Part shown: piece by piece, positions 50,006-59,913 of the stretch
Numbering within the stretch: the stretch's first letter is position 1
How the letters are laid out: every line of letters begins with the position of its first letter
IMG/VR virus record: IMGVR_UViG_3300047470_000520
Reading direction: 5' to 3' (one strand)
DNA length: 64,000 nt
DNA from: a virus
Taxonomy: Duplodnaviria > Heunggongvirae > Uroviricota > Caudoviricetes
Notes under the pieces: model-generated
What the model was told of the DNA's origin: nothing
Database searches by the model: none
Seen by the model: the letters and a program-made list of their open reading frames with translations, nothing else
Translations under genes and position numbers: made by a program

Positions 50006-50581
50006 TCAAAGACCAAGCTGGTCTTCGAGGTGCCGGCCTTTTATTTGAGAGGCGATGTCTTTGGGCACAAGGCTTGCGGTTTTGATGCCAAAGATCTCGA
50101 CAAACAACTCGCCTAATTCGACGGTTTTAACTTCGGCGGACACGATTTCTGCACCATGGCTTTCGATCAGCTTCCGGACTTCGAGCTTACTGGCGCCTTC
50201 GAAGTCGCTGAAAATGTGCATCAGGCTGTAGATATCCAGCCAGCATTCGACTGTTTTATGCGGCTTGGCACGTTCGAAGCCAAACGCGTCAATGAACAGC
50301 AAATGGTCGACTTCGCTGTTTAGGTAGTTGACCACCGCCGCTGGATCCTTCCGGCCAAGCAGCACTCGGTAAAGGAAATAATCCGGAGTGCCAGTGTCCA
50401 CGGCGCTGCCCAGGTACAGCAGATCAGGGGTTTCCAGCGCGTCGAGTTCATGGTGCTTGCCGCTTCCTAGCTCATGCTCTACAAACGCTCGACGGCCTGC
50501 AGCATCCAGGGTGGCGTAGTAGGCTGGCGCTGCGATGTGGACGGTCGATTGCAGAGCACTCAGTTGTCGGATGGTTTTCAT
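50006..50581 (-). CDS. LGL-tail family 2 protein
   Basis: Tail IKGRHLEDQLGL. ATGA overlap with the upstream gene on the minus strand. Confidence 0.85.
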   Translation of the reverse strand: MKTIRQLSALQSTVHIAAPAYYATLDAAGRRAFVEHELGSGKHHELDALETPDLLYLGSAVDTGTPDYFLYRVLLGRKDPAAVVNYLNSEVDHLLFIDAFGFERAKPHKTVECWLDIYSLMHIFSDFEGASKLEVRKLIESHGAEIVSAEVKTVELGELFVEIFGIKTASLVPKDIASQIKGRHLEDQLGL

Positions 50582-51156
50582 AAGCCAAGGCCATCTTCGA
50601 GGTGTTTGCCTTTAAATTTGTTTGCTACGTCTCTGGGTACGTGATTGAGCGCTTTCAGGCTAAAGACCTCGACGAATAGCTTGCACAGTTTGGTGTTTGA
50701 CACATCGGCGCCGACCACTGCAGCGCCGCGCTCTTCGAGCATGGTTTTGACGTCCGTATCAGACACATAAATATCATCACCGAAATCATCCAGCAGGCCG
50801 TAGGTCTCCAGCAGCTTCGCGCTACTCAAGTGCGTCTTGGCGAGATCGTGGCCATATATCTCGAAGAAAAATACGAAATCCAGCTCATCAACCAAATTGG
50901 ACTCGACCACTGCAGGGTCTTTACGCGCCATGATTTGCCGGTAGAGGAAATACTCAGGGCTTTCACCACCGGTCTTCCCGGCGAAATAGAACAGATCCTC
51001 GATGGACAGGGATTCTTCGAAAACATGATTTCCAGTCACCAGCTCTTGGGCAACAAAGGCACTGCGTTGCTCCGTACTCATGGCCTGATAGTCTTCAGGA
51101 GGCTTGATCCGGGTGAGTTCGTAATCTTCGCGCTGACGATTGGTTAGCTTTTTCAT
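50578..51156 (-). CDS. LGL-tail family 2 protein
   Basis: Tail FKGKHLEDGLGL. Confidence 0.85.
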   Translation of the reverse strand: MKKLTNRQREDYELTRIKPPEDYQAMSTEQRSAFVAQELVTGNHVFEESLSIEDLFYFAGKTGGESPEYFLYRQIMARKDPAVVESNLVDELDFVFFFEIYGHDLAKTHLSSAKLLETYGLLDDFGDDIYVSDTDVKTMLEERGAAVVGADVSNTKLCKLFVEVFSLKALNHVPRDVANKFKGKHLEDGLGL

Positions 51157-51740
51157 AGTCCAAGGGATTCCTCTAGGTATTTTCCCCTGACCTGGTCGGA
51201 AATTCGTTTGGGGAGGTGTTTGATCGCTTCTATGCCGAAAATTTCAAGGTAGGCGATACCTCTCGACGCATTAACCACTTCAGCAATACGTTCGGCCCCT
51301 CGCCGCTGGAGGATCGATTTAATTTGTTGGGTGGTGTCTTCGTTGGCCATATGCGTCTTCATGTAGGCACTAAACCAGAGATGATCATCAAGAAACTCAG
51401 CTGACGTTTCGAGTCCGTAAGACTCAAGAAAAAACCTTGCGTGGCTCGACCCCAAGACTTTCTCTGCCGCGAGGGCTGGGTCGACCTCGGATAGCAATAC
51501 CTGGTACATGATGTGGTCGGCGTTCCGATAATCTGCTTGTGATCCATTGGTTAACAGGGTCGCAATACTGATTTCATCCGAACGAACGTATCGCCCTGAA
51601 GCCAGCTCGCTGCAAACCCACGAATGACGCTCCGCTGGCGAGATTCCATCGAAATCTTTTGGCTGGCTGGTGATTTCCATCAGAGGACGCCTGATCTCAT
51701 CATCGCGGGTCAGCGCTGCTTGACTGCGGAAATGGCTCAT
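51153..51740 (-). CDS. LGL-tail family 2 protein
   Basis: Tail VRGKYLEESLGL. Confidence 0.85.
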   Translation of the reverse strand: MSHFRSQAALTRDDEIRRPLMEITSQPKDFDGISPAERHSWVCSELASGRYVRSDEISIATLLTNGSQADYRNADHIMYQVLLSEVDPALAAEKVLGSSHARFFLESYGLETSAEFLDDHLWFSAYMKTHMANEDTTQQIKSILQRRGAERIAEVVNASRGIAYLEIFGIEAIKHLPKRISDQVRGKYLEESLGL

Positions 51741-52312
51741 AGGCCCAATGACTCCTCTAGGTGTTTCCCCTTGAGCTGTTTCGCCAGGCGTAGGGGGAGA
51801 TTAGCGGTTGCTTCTATGCCGAAAATATCGACGTACACAGCGCCGGCTTTTTCGTTGAAGATCAACTCGGCAATCCGCTCTGCGCCTCTGTGCTGCAGGA
51901 GTGTTTTAATCTCAAGCTTGGTGGCCTTTTCCTCTTTTCCGAATACCTCCTCCGAAAAAGCCGTGAACCAAATTTCATCGTCAATGAATGGCAGTGATCG
52001 TTCTAGGCCGTAAGCCTCAAGGAAGAACCTGGCACTCCTGGAATCCGTGACCCTATTCGCAGCAAGGGCAGGGTCGAAATCCGTCAGCAATAGCCGAAAC
52101 ATGAGGTAGTCGGCGTTCCAGGGTGAGGCGTTCATGCCGAGAAAAAACAGGGAGGAGAGGCCAATATTTTCGGCGCTCTCATACTTCCCGGCGGCGAGTT
52201 CTGCTCGCACCCAGGTGTACCGCTCATGCGGCTCGAGTGCGTCATAATAGGATGGCTGAAGGGTGATTCTCCTGCGCGGATAATTCACCAATTCATCGTC
52301 AGTCAGTGCCAT
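51737..52312 (-). CDS. LGL-tail family 2 protein
   Basis: Tail LKGKHLEESLGL. Confidence 0.85.
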   Translation of the reverse strand: MALTDDELVNYPRRRITLQPSYYDALEPHERYTWVRAELAAGKYESAENIGLSSLFFLGMNASPWNADYLMFRLLLTDFDPALAANRVTDSRSARFFLEAYGLERSLPFIDDEIWFTAFSEEVFGKEEKATKLEIKTLLQHRGAERIAELIFNEKAGAVYVDIFGIEATANLPLRLAKQLKGKHLEESLGL

Positions 52313-52386
52313 GCTTGCCTACCGAGTGGAGTCATGCCCCATGTTAGCTGAGGAGCTTACGCTGGCGCATGTGCTTGATGACGCCA

Positions 52387-52788
52387 TCAGAGGCCGAGCT
52401 GATCTTCGAGGAGTGTCCCTTTGACCTTGTTCGAAAGGGATCTTCCTAGCAGGTGAGCTTTCTCAATGCCGAACATCTCAATGAAGCAGGTGGCCAACGG
52501 CAAGTTATTCTCGGCCTGCTCAATCTCTCGAGCAACCTGCTCAAGTCCACGCACCTCAATGGTTCTTGCAAATAACATGTAGAGGTAGGAGGCAGGATTT
52601 CGGTTGTTAGTGATTACCGAATTTAGGCATGTCACCGAAGTCATGTAGTCCATTCCTGGCTGCTCGCGGGTCAAGACAGCTCGATCTACAAGTTTAACCT
52701 TTTGCGCATGGGGCAGCTCGGCCCAGACAATCCTTCCGGTGCTGATATCGTCCATTACGGTTGAAGATCTGACGGTGGTGATGTTCAT
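52387..52788 (-). CDS. LGL-tail family 2 protein, N-terminally shortened (133 aa)
   Basis: Tail VKGTLLEDQLGL. Lacks the first ~60 aa of its neighbours. Confidence 0.75.
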   Translation of the reverse strand: MNITTVRSSTVMDDISTGRIVWAELPHAQKVKLVDRAVLTREQPGMDYMTSVTCLNSVITNNRNPASYLYMLFARTIEVRGLEQVAREIEQAENNLPLATCFIEMFGIEKAHLLGRSLSNKVKGTLLEDQLGL

Positions 52789-53360
52789 AATCCCAGCTCA
52801 TTTTCTAGGTAGTGACCTTTGACCTGATTAGCCAGGTCGTCAGGCAGCAGAGAAAGCGATTTGAAACCAAAAATCTCGACAAAGTGTGCGCCAGTTTCCT
52901 TGTCCTTTACAAATGGCAGCACCGCTTCTGCGCCACGACTTTTCAGCAGAAGCTTGATCATGTCCCTCGCTTTCATCTCTTCCGGGGTGAAAGGGCATTC
53001 GGACATTGCCTCAAGCCAAAGGCTGCTGGGGACGTAAGGCGCTGCTCTCTCAACACCGTAGGCTTGGATAAACAATACGGCCAGGCGAGTGTGTTTAATA
53101 TGTGTGGCAGCTTCACCGGGATCGAACGCCGACAACAGGATCAGGTACAAATAGTACAAAGGACTCCACTCGTGGCAGGTCACGCCGAAATTGAGCACCA
53201 TGTTAATGGACTGGCTTTTGGCTTCCGAGTAATCCCCCGCTGATAGCTCTTTTTCAACCCATGCGTGCCGGTCAGTTGCGCTGAGGTAGCCGAAATTTGC
53301 AGGTTTGTTTTTAAGGTAATTGCTGGCTAACTTCTTGCGAAAATCGAGGGTGGTTGGCAT
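52785..53360 (-). CDS. LGL-tail family 2 protein
   Basis: Tail VKGHYLENELGL. Confidence 0.85.
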   Translation of the reverse strand: MPTTLDFRKKLASNYLKNKPANFGYLSATDRHAWVEKELSAGDYSEAKSQSINMVLNFGVTCHEWSPLYYLYLILLSAFDPGEAATHIKHTRLAVLFIQAYGVERAAPYVPSSLWLEAMSECPFTPEEMKARDMIKLLLKSRGAEAVLPFVKDKETGAHFVEIFGFKSLSLLPDDLANQVKGHYLENELGL

Positions 53361-53603
53361 CAGATTAAAAGCTCGCTATGAACTACCTCCACCTGAATCG
53401 AAGATTGCAGGAGGGGAATGGTCTGTCTTTTGCTCAAAGACGGTGGCTTTCTGGGTGGTGGGTGTGCAATGGTCGATGATTCCGGTGTGCCGGGCCAGCT
53501 TTTTCTGCGCTTTCGGAAAGATAATTTGGTGCCACAATCCTTGTAAAATTGCAGACATTCCGCATATATTGACACCCACAATCAATTGCCATGAGGCACG
53601 ACA

Positions 53604-53870
53604 ATGCACTTCCCAGGATCCCGTCTGTTCGAACTCAAAGACACGCATGGCCTGTCTCTGGAAAACGCCCTGGATCAACTCCAGGCACGTGGCGTAGAAG
53701 TCGAGTGGCCAAGCTTTGTTGAAGCCGCTCGCAAGGCTGGCTGGTACGATTTCAAGACCATCGATGCCATCGAGTTTGCCATGGCCGATGCTGGCGCCAC
53801 ACGAAGCTATCAGGACGGCGTGAAGATCCGGCTGCGCCAATACGTGCTTGAGCATCCGCTGGCGGCCTGA
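53604..53870 (+). CDS. Hypothetical protein (88 aa) embedded on opposite strand within family-2 array
   Basis: Clean ORF in the only sizeable gap in the array (53361-53879). No recognisable domain. Confidence 0.4.
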   Translation: MHFPGSRLFELKDTHGLSLENALDQLQARGVEVEWPSFVEAARKAGWYDFKTIDAIEFAMADAGATRSYQDGVKIRLRQYVLEHPLAA

Positions 53871-53879
53871 CGCTTTGTT

Positions 53880-54467
53880 TTAAAGGCCTAGCTCAGATTC
53901 CAAGTGCCGGCCCTTGAAGCGAGACGCCATCTCAGGTGGCAGTCCATCAAGGGCTTTCAGGCCGAAGATCTCGATGAAACTCTTCGCCCACATCACCGAG
54001 AGATTCATGCGCCTGATTTGCGCGGGTGTACGGTTCTTGATCTCGTCGCAGACCTGGTCGACGCCACGTTCGAGCAGGATGGCCTTTACCTGAATTTTCG
54101 TTTCCGGGCTCGCCGAGGACTGGTAACGGGAATTGAAGTAAGCGCAAACCCACGTGTAGCTGGAGAGGAAAGGCTTGGCGCGCTCAGGGCCGTAGGCCTC
54201 CAGAAAAAACCGGGCCTGGTTGGTTTTTATGTCAACCACGGACACTGCCGGATCGATGTTTTCAAGCTGGATGCGGTACTGGTAGTACTCGGGCTCTGTT
54301 TCCAGGCGGTGCGAGCCTCGATCCAATATCTGCCGAACAGAGATGTAGCTCTCGTTCGGGTGTTTTCCCTCAAGCATTAAGGCGCGTATGTGGGCCCGGC
54401 GCTCAGCCATGCTCATCTCGAGAAATGGCTTCTGATTTTCAGGCTGTGCGGTGTTCAATTCGGTCAT
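53880..54467 (-). CDS. LGL-tail family 2 protein
   Basis: Tail FKGRHLESELGL. Confidence 0.85.
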   Translation of the reverse strand: MTELNTAQPENQKPFLEMSMAERRAHIRALMLEGKHPNESYISVRQILDRGSHRLETEPEYYQYRIQLENIDPAVSVVDIKTNQARFFLEAYGPERAKPFLSSYTWVCAYFNSRYQSSASPETKIQVKAILLERGVDQVCDEIKNRTPAQIRRMNLSVMWAKSFIEIFGLKALDGLPPEMASRFKGRHLESELGL

Positions 54468-54497
54468 GGTGTCGGCCCAATATGTGATTCAGAGCGA

Positions 54498-55103
54498 TTA
54501 CATCCCCAGCGCGTGCTCAAGATGTCTGCTTTTGATTTTGGTGGCCAGCTCAAGGGGTAGCCCAGACACGGCCTTCAGCCCAAGGATCTCAATGAAACTT
54601 TCGCCCCATTGGTTGTTGGAAAGCATTCTGTAGAGTTCTTCTGGCGTTCTGCTGCAGATCTCTTCGCAAACATGTCCAGCGCCCCGATGAGCGATCAGCA
54701 GCCCGATGTTATGCTTGGTCTGTGCATTGTCATCGAACGTCCCTACAGCGCCGTGGTAGGCGTTAATCCAGTTGTAGCTGGGCAAAAAAGGCTTTGAGCG
54801 ATCAAGACCGTAGGCCTCAATGAAAAACCTGGTCTTGTTGATCGTTAGGGCGTGTTTTGCCGCAAGGGCTGGATCAACCCACTCCAATTGGACGCGGTAT
54901 TTGTAGTAATCCCACTGAGGATCGCGGTACGCCAGCCCGCTCTGGATGATCTGTTCGGCAGTGAGGTTCTTCTCGTACCACAACGAACCATCCATCATCA
55001 TTTCACGAATCCACTCACGGCGTTCGACAGCACTTTTGTGCAAGAAGGGCTTTCCCCCGTCCTTATGGAACCAGTAGTCATTGGGATTACTCGATGTGTA
55101 CAT
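54498..55103 (-). CDS. LGL-tail family 2 protein (tail …LEHALGM)
   Basis: Tail IKSRHLEHALGM. Confidence 0.85.
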   Translation of the reverse strand: MYTSSNPNDYWFHKDGGKPFLHKSAVERREWIREMMMDGSLWYEKNLTAEQIIQSGLAYRDPQWDYYKYRVQLEWVDPALAAKHALTINKTRFFIEAYGLDRSKPFLPSYNWINAYHGAVGTFDDNAQTKHNIGLLIAHRGAGHVCEEICSRTPEELYRMLSNNQWGESFIEILGLKAVSGLPLELATKIKSRHLEHALGM

Positions 55104-55157
55104 AGGGCCTGCCAGGCTGTGTAGGGTTGGTTGCTGGCCGTTTACGCTCTAAGAGAA

Positions 55158-55769
55158 TCACAACCCCAAGGCACTCTCAAGATGCCAGCCTTTGATTTTT
55201 CTGGCTAGCTCAGGTGGTAAACCAGAGGCAGCCTTAATACCAAGGATCTCGACAAAACTCTCTCCCCATCGCCTGTGATCTATCATTCGCTGAATCTGAT
55301 CCGGACTGCGTTTGCAGATCTCATCACAGACCTTTTCCGCCCCTCTGTCCGCGATGAGGCGGCCTATGTCGCGTTTGGTTTGCGCATTGTCTTCGAACTT
55401 CCCTACAGACCGCTGGTACGCATTTATCCAGACAAAGCTGCTCAAAAAAGGCTTTGCGCGCTCAAGTCCGTAGCTGTCCATGAAAAATCTGGCCTGATTG
55501 GACGTTGCGAACTCAAGTTCCCTGGCCACAATGCCAGGATCAATGCCCTCTAGATGAATGCGATAGATGTAGTAATCCCTCTCTGCGCTCACGAAGGTCA
55601 TGCCTGTTTCGAAAATCTCAAAGACAGGCATCTTTTTGTCGTATTGGATCGTCCCGTCAAGAACGAGACCGCGAGTCCAGGCCCGACGCTCATCCACGCT
55701 CATGTTCCAGAAAAGCTTTACGGTCTCTGTTTGAGGGTGAGTATCTTTGGCTGCGGTTGATTCGTTCAT
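55158..55769 (-). CDS. LGL-tail family 2 protein
   Basis: Tail IKGWHLESALGL. Confidence 0.85.
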   Translation of the reverse strand: MNESTAAKDTHPQTETVKLFWNMSVDERRAWTRGLVLDGTIQYDKKMPVFEIFETGMTFVSAERDYYIYRIHLEGIDPGIVARELEFATSNQARFFMDSYGLERAKPFLSSFVWINAYQRSVGKFEDNAQTKRDIGRLIADRGAEKVCDEICKRSPDQIQRMIDHRRWGESFVEILGIKAASGLPPELARKIKGWHLESALGL

Positions 55770-56131
55770 AAACCCAAGGCATCCTCAAGGTGACGCCCCT
55801 TGGCCTGCTTGAGCAGATTCTCTGGCAGCGCCTTGCCGGCTTCAATGCCGAACACATCAAGGAAGATGCAAGCGCCTGTTTTGTCTATCACCTGCGGGGC
55901 GACTTGGTCGATGCCAAAGCCGGACAAGATTCCACTCACCTGAACGTAGTCATCGCCAGCCTTAAAGAATCCGCTAAGGAGCAAGTCGATCAGGTTATTT
56001 CTGTTGTGGCCCAAGGGGATTGTTACATCCCCGGTGGCGATGGCCGAGAGAAAGCGTTTGCGCTCGCCTGGACTCATATCGCCTAGCGGGATTGTCCTGT
56101 TCAAAATGCGTTCTAACACGTGATTGCTCAT
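55766..56131 (-). CDS. LGL-tail family 2 protein, N-terminally shortened (121 aa)
   Basis: Start reassigned to MSNHVLERIL (ATG at 56131). The ORF's annotated 170-aa form would overlap the upstream gene by 86 nt. Tail AKGRHLEDALGL. Confidence 0.7.
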   Translation of the reverse strand: MSNHVLERILNRTIPLGDMSPGERKRFLSAIATGDVTIPLGHNRNNLIDLLLSGFFKAGDDYVQVSGILSGFGIDQVAPQVIDKTGACIFLDVFGIEAGKALPENLLKQAKGRHLEDALGL

Positions 56132-56192
56132 GCCGATCTCCTCGTTCTTGCAATCAGTATTGCAGTTGAGCCGTGGCCAAATGAAAGCTTTT

Positions 56193-56798
56193 TTAGAGGC
56201 CCAACGCGTCCTCGACATGCTGTCCCTTGAGCTTACGCGCCAAAGCGGGTGGAAAGAACGACGCCGCTTTGATACCAAAAATATCGATCATGATGCGGCC
56301 TAGTCGCTCATCACTCTGGAGAAGAAATTCAGAAGTAAAGGTTTCGGCTGCAATGTGTTCTGCGCCCCGGCATTCGAGGATGTACTTCACATGGTGGCGC
56401 GTCTCGAGCTTTGTACTGCCATCGCCGTAGACTTCAAGCCAAAGCCGGCTCGGGAGGAATGGCTTGGCGCGCTCATGCCCGTAGGACTCAATGAAGATCC
56501 TGGCGTCATCGCGACTTTCCATTTCCTTAGCCGAAACAGCCGGATCGATGGCTTCAAGTGCCATCCGGTAGCGGTAGTATTCTGGCTCCCACTCGCCATA
56601 GATGTCAGCGAGGTTGAGGATATCCTGAACGCTCAACGTCGCGTCGGAGGCGTACTCGCCCCTTTTGATCTGCTCGCGCACGAAAAACTCACGATCCTCG
56701 GGTTGCATGGCCGCGAAGGATTCAGCCAGTGCTTCTTCCCTCAGTCTTTTTTCGTTGAATTTTCGTAGCTGCTCCGGGCTCTGGCTCATTACGGGCAT
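56193..56798 (-). CDS. LGL-tail family 2 protein
   Basis: Tail LKGQHVEDALGL. Confidence 0.85.
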   Translation of the reverse strand: MPVMSQSPEQLRKFNEKRLREEALAESFAAMQPEDREFFVREQIKRGEYASDATLSVQDILNLADIYGEWEPEYYRYRMALEAIDPAVSAKEMESRDDARIFIESYGHERAKPFLPSRLWLEVYGDGSTKLETRHHVKYILECRGAEHIAAETFTSEFLLQSDERLGRIMIDIFGIKAASFFPPALARKLKGQHVEDALGL

Positions 56799-56874
56799 TC
56801 CGATGTTTGATGAGAGATTCGGCCATTCAAGCGCGAAGCGCGATGGCTACGCACTTGAATCGATGTCTGGATCA

Positions 56875-57633
56875 TTAACCCTTGATGGTCAGTAGGGCGA
56901 TGGCCTTGATGGCCTGGGCGCGTACCTGGTCGTAGTTCATGTTCAGGTTAGGGCTGAAGCCCACACGGAACGCCAAGCCCAGGGTTTCGTCCTTGTAGAG
57001 GTATTCGCACGATTCAGGGCCTTCGTCCTCGCGTTGATACGTCTTGCAGACCTTGTACGGCGCCATCTTCCCGGTGCCTGGGTCTAGGCCATAGGTGTAT
57101 TCGTGTCCGTAGTAGTGCCCATCATTAAGCTTGCCCAAGGCACGGCTCAAAGAGGACATGGAGACCTCCTGATTGGTCTGCCTGGCCAGTTCACGCTGAA
57201 CGATGTCGCCGTCTATGGCTTTACGCGCACCGAGCTCATACGGGCGCTGGATGGCCCCCACGATCAAATAGGTGGACTGCATGCCGGACAGGCCCATGGT
57301 CTTCGAGGGATCCAGGTTCTGAATGTTCAGATAGACCCCAGCAATGATCAGCGGGTGATCGCAACCTTCCCCGGCGATGTCTGCGTCAAAGATGGCGCCA
57401 GCAGAGGTGTACTCAATAGGAATAGTGAAACGGTGGCTGGCGATCACGCCGCAGATTGGCTTGAGCTCAGGTGGTTTTGGCTCAGCGGGCTTAGCCTCAA
57501 CAGGCTTTACGGGTTGTTGCGCCACGACGGGCTTTTTCGGTGCGACCGGTACAGGTTTCTTCGGGTCGGCGTAGGTGACTGGCACTGCAAATAGCGAAAA
57601 CATGATCGCATAGGCGAGCGGGATCAATTTCAC
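56875..57633 (-). CDS. Secreted hypothetical protein with Pro/Lys-rich linker
   Basis: Signal peptide MKLIPLAYAIMFSLFAVPVTYA, then (KP/PV)-rich repeats, then a ~180-aa C-terminal domain. Confidence 0.65.
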   Translation of the reverse strand: MKLIPLAYAIMFSLFAVPVTYADPKKPVPVAPKKPVVAQQPVKPVEAKPAEPKPPELKPICGVIASHRFTIPIEYTSAGAIFDADIAGEGCDHPLIIAGVYLNIQNLDPSKTMGLSGMQSTYLIVGAIQRPYELGARKAIDGDIVQRELARQTNQEVSMSSLSRALGKLNDGHYYGHEYTYGLDPGTGKMAPYKVCKTYQREDEGPESCEYLYKDETLGLAFRVGFSPNLNMNYDQVRAQAIKAIALLTIKG

Positions 57634-57897
57634 GGAGTCACCGGGCAGAAATCAGGGTAGGAAGACAATATTTCGTCAATATACATGTAAATAATTGAGT
57701 CGTGAATGCCAAATCCCTGTTTTTACGGGGCTTTTTGCGCAATCGATTCCGTGTGGGGAGTCGGCGTCTTCGATGGGGCTGGATTGCCTCAGGAGCCCGA
57801 GTAGCTGGGGCTTTGCGGGCGGGCACTTGGCTCATTGACCAGCGGGCAATTACTGATATATTCCAAGACATCCTACTTTGTAAAAAAGACCGAAATT

Positions 57898-59913
57898 ATG
57901 ACCCGTGCCGTTGATGATGAAGTGTTTTCTCAAGCCGACCCTGTTTCAACTGAAGCAGAACAGGCTTTGCATGAGTCACTGGATGATCATTTTACTCCAG
58001 ACATAGACATCAATTTCGATGACGTGGTCATGGTCGCGGACATCGATGGCGGTGAAATATCAGAAGTCGTGAACGAAGCGTTTGCGATTAATTCTTTTGA
58101 GGATCTCGAAGCGCTCGTATGTGCCGACACGCCTTACGCCAGTGGCAGTTATGTCTTCAAGGCAAAAGACGTCGGGTCAGATTTTACAGTGAGCTCTGAC
58201 TCGCCGCGAATAGCATTGGACTATCTTCCGGCTTACATTGGATTGTCCAGGGAGAAACTTAATTATACACCTGATAGCATTAAGGCCCTTAAATATATTT
58301 CACATTACATGGAGTTTGATAAAGAGTTAATTGAAGATGCATTAAAATGTTTCGAAAAAATTGATGTGCTTAACTCAAGTACATTATTTAGCTTTGACAA
58401 AGGTGTCTTGAAGCTGCCCTATGGAGAGTTCGCAGTCTCCAATCAAGCAACCAGCGTGTTCAATCCTTTGTTGGTTCAGAGAATTGTTGACATCTATTGC
58501 GATAAAACTAATTTTGCTCGAGATGAAATAATCAAGGTTATTGAGCGTAATCTGTATGAACAGATATACAGCAATGATGATTTAACAACCCCGATAGCAG
58601 AGCTTGGCGGACATCAATTATATGCCGCCATCGGGTTTCCAGAGCTTAAGGCTAAAGAGTATTCAGTCCTATCAAACAATGCTTCCAATGCGTGGCAGGC
58701 TATCGATGATTTCTTCTTTAGGACAATTTTACCCCTTGCTCTCATGAATGACGCCTTCAAAAGTTTCGTAGGCTGCTCACTACTTACTCATGATGATTTC
58801 ACCAGCAGCAACTATGAAAGAATGGGTGTTGCTTATGCATACTATGCTTGCGGGTTAAAAGATATATCCAGAGTTTTAAATACAAAATATAGAGACATTG
58901 CAAGTTTCGATGCCAGCGCAATATTCGCTGGAAAGTATTCTTTATCAACTCAAAAAAGAGCTGAGTTGTTTATAGATAAACAAGAGAACGCAGTCAAGAA
59001 GCAGGTCATCACATCTACTTTTGCCATAGACGGCGAAAAGCGCCAGAAGATTGAATTGACGGGCTTGTCGGTATCATCAGACGCCATGAATGCTTTCACC
59101 GCCCTTGGTCAAAAACACCCCCATTTTTCGAAAGTTTTCGACTATCTGCTGCCGTTTGTTGAATCGTCGTTTTTCAATGGCAGCCCACTGGTCATTCCGC
59201 CAATGCTGATCGCCGGCCCGCCTGGTATCGGCAAGACTAAGTTCCTCTCTGAATTGTTCGCAGTCTTTGGTTATCCCATCAGCCATTGCCATTCATCCCA
59301 GTTCACCTGCGGGTCTGGTTTGGTTGGCCTGCAATCCACCTGGTCGAATACTCAACCTGGCTATGTCGCTGAGACCCTGCGCCGGACGAAATTCTTCAAC
59401 CCGCTGATTGCCTTCGATGAGCTTGAGCGGGTGCGGATGTCGACCAGTAGCGGGAATGGTATCTCTGTTGAGGCGGCCTTCATGCGCTTGCTGGAACCGC
59501 TGGAGGCCACCCGGTTCGTCGACGCCTGCGGGCAGTTACCGCACGACGTTTCGAAGGTGAACTGGATTTTCACCTGCAACGACCCTTTGAGTATTCCGCC
59601 TGCGCTTTTGAGTCGATTGAATAAGGTGTGCGTGTACCCGCCGACCGAGGAGTCAGTCATCGACAACATCCATCGCGATATCTGGCTGGATCTGGTCAAC
59701 CAGTACGCGTCGGGGAGCCTGATCAAGCCCTGGGTATCGGCTGACGCATTGGAGAGTCTTCGTGAGGTGTACTACGGCGATTTGAACTTCAGGTCGGGCA
59801 TTAAGATCATGAAGAATTGCCTGAACAAGCTCATGAGCGGCGTGCAGGATTCCAACTATCTGACGCTCGATGTGATAGCCAGCAAGACCCTTAAGCGAGC
59901 CTCTTTGAACTGA
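57898..59913 (+). CDS. AAA+ ATPase, Lon-like ATPase module without protease domain, ~450-aa N-terminal domain of unknown function
   Basis: Walker A AGPPGIGKTKF, Walker B LIAFDELE, sensor-1 FTCND, and a sensor-2/Arg-finger region IPPALLSRLNKV that resembles Lon IPGPLLDRMEVI. The ORF ends about 160 aa after the Walker A motif, so there is no room for a Ser-Lys protease domain. Confidence 0.7.
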   Translation: MTRAVDDEVFSQADPVSTEAEQALHESLDDHFTPDIDINFDDVVMVADIDGGEISEVVNEAFAINSFEDLEALVCADTPYASGSYVFKAKDVGSDFTVSSDSPRIALDYLPAYIGLSREKLNYTPDSIKALKYISHYMEFDKELIEDALKCFEKIDVLNSSTLFSFDKGVLKLPYGEFAVSNQATSVFNPLLVQRIVDIYCDKTNFARDEIIKVIERNLYEQIYSNDDLTTPIAELGGHQLYAAIGFPELKAKEYSVLSNNASNAWQAIDDFFFRTILPLALMNDAFKSFVGCSLLTHDDFTSSNYERMGVAYAYYACGLKDISRVLNTKYRDIASFDASAIFAGKYSLSTQKRAELFIDKQENAVKKQVITSTFAIDGEKRQKIELTGLSVSSDAMNAFTALGQKHPHFSKVFDYLLPFVESSFFNGSPLVIPPMLIAGPPGIGKTKFLSELFAVFGYPISHCHSSQFTCGSGLVGLQSTWSNTQPGYVAETLRRTKFFNPLIAFDELERVRMSTSSGNGISVEAAFMRLLEPLEATRFVDACGQLPHDVSKVNWIFTCNDPLSIPPALLSRLNKVCVYPPTEESVIDNIHRDIWLDLVNQYASGSLIKPWVSADALESLREVYYGDLNFRSGIKIMKNCLNKLMSGVQDSNYLTLDVIASKTLKRASLN

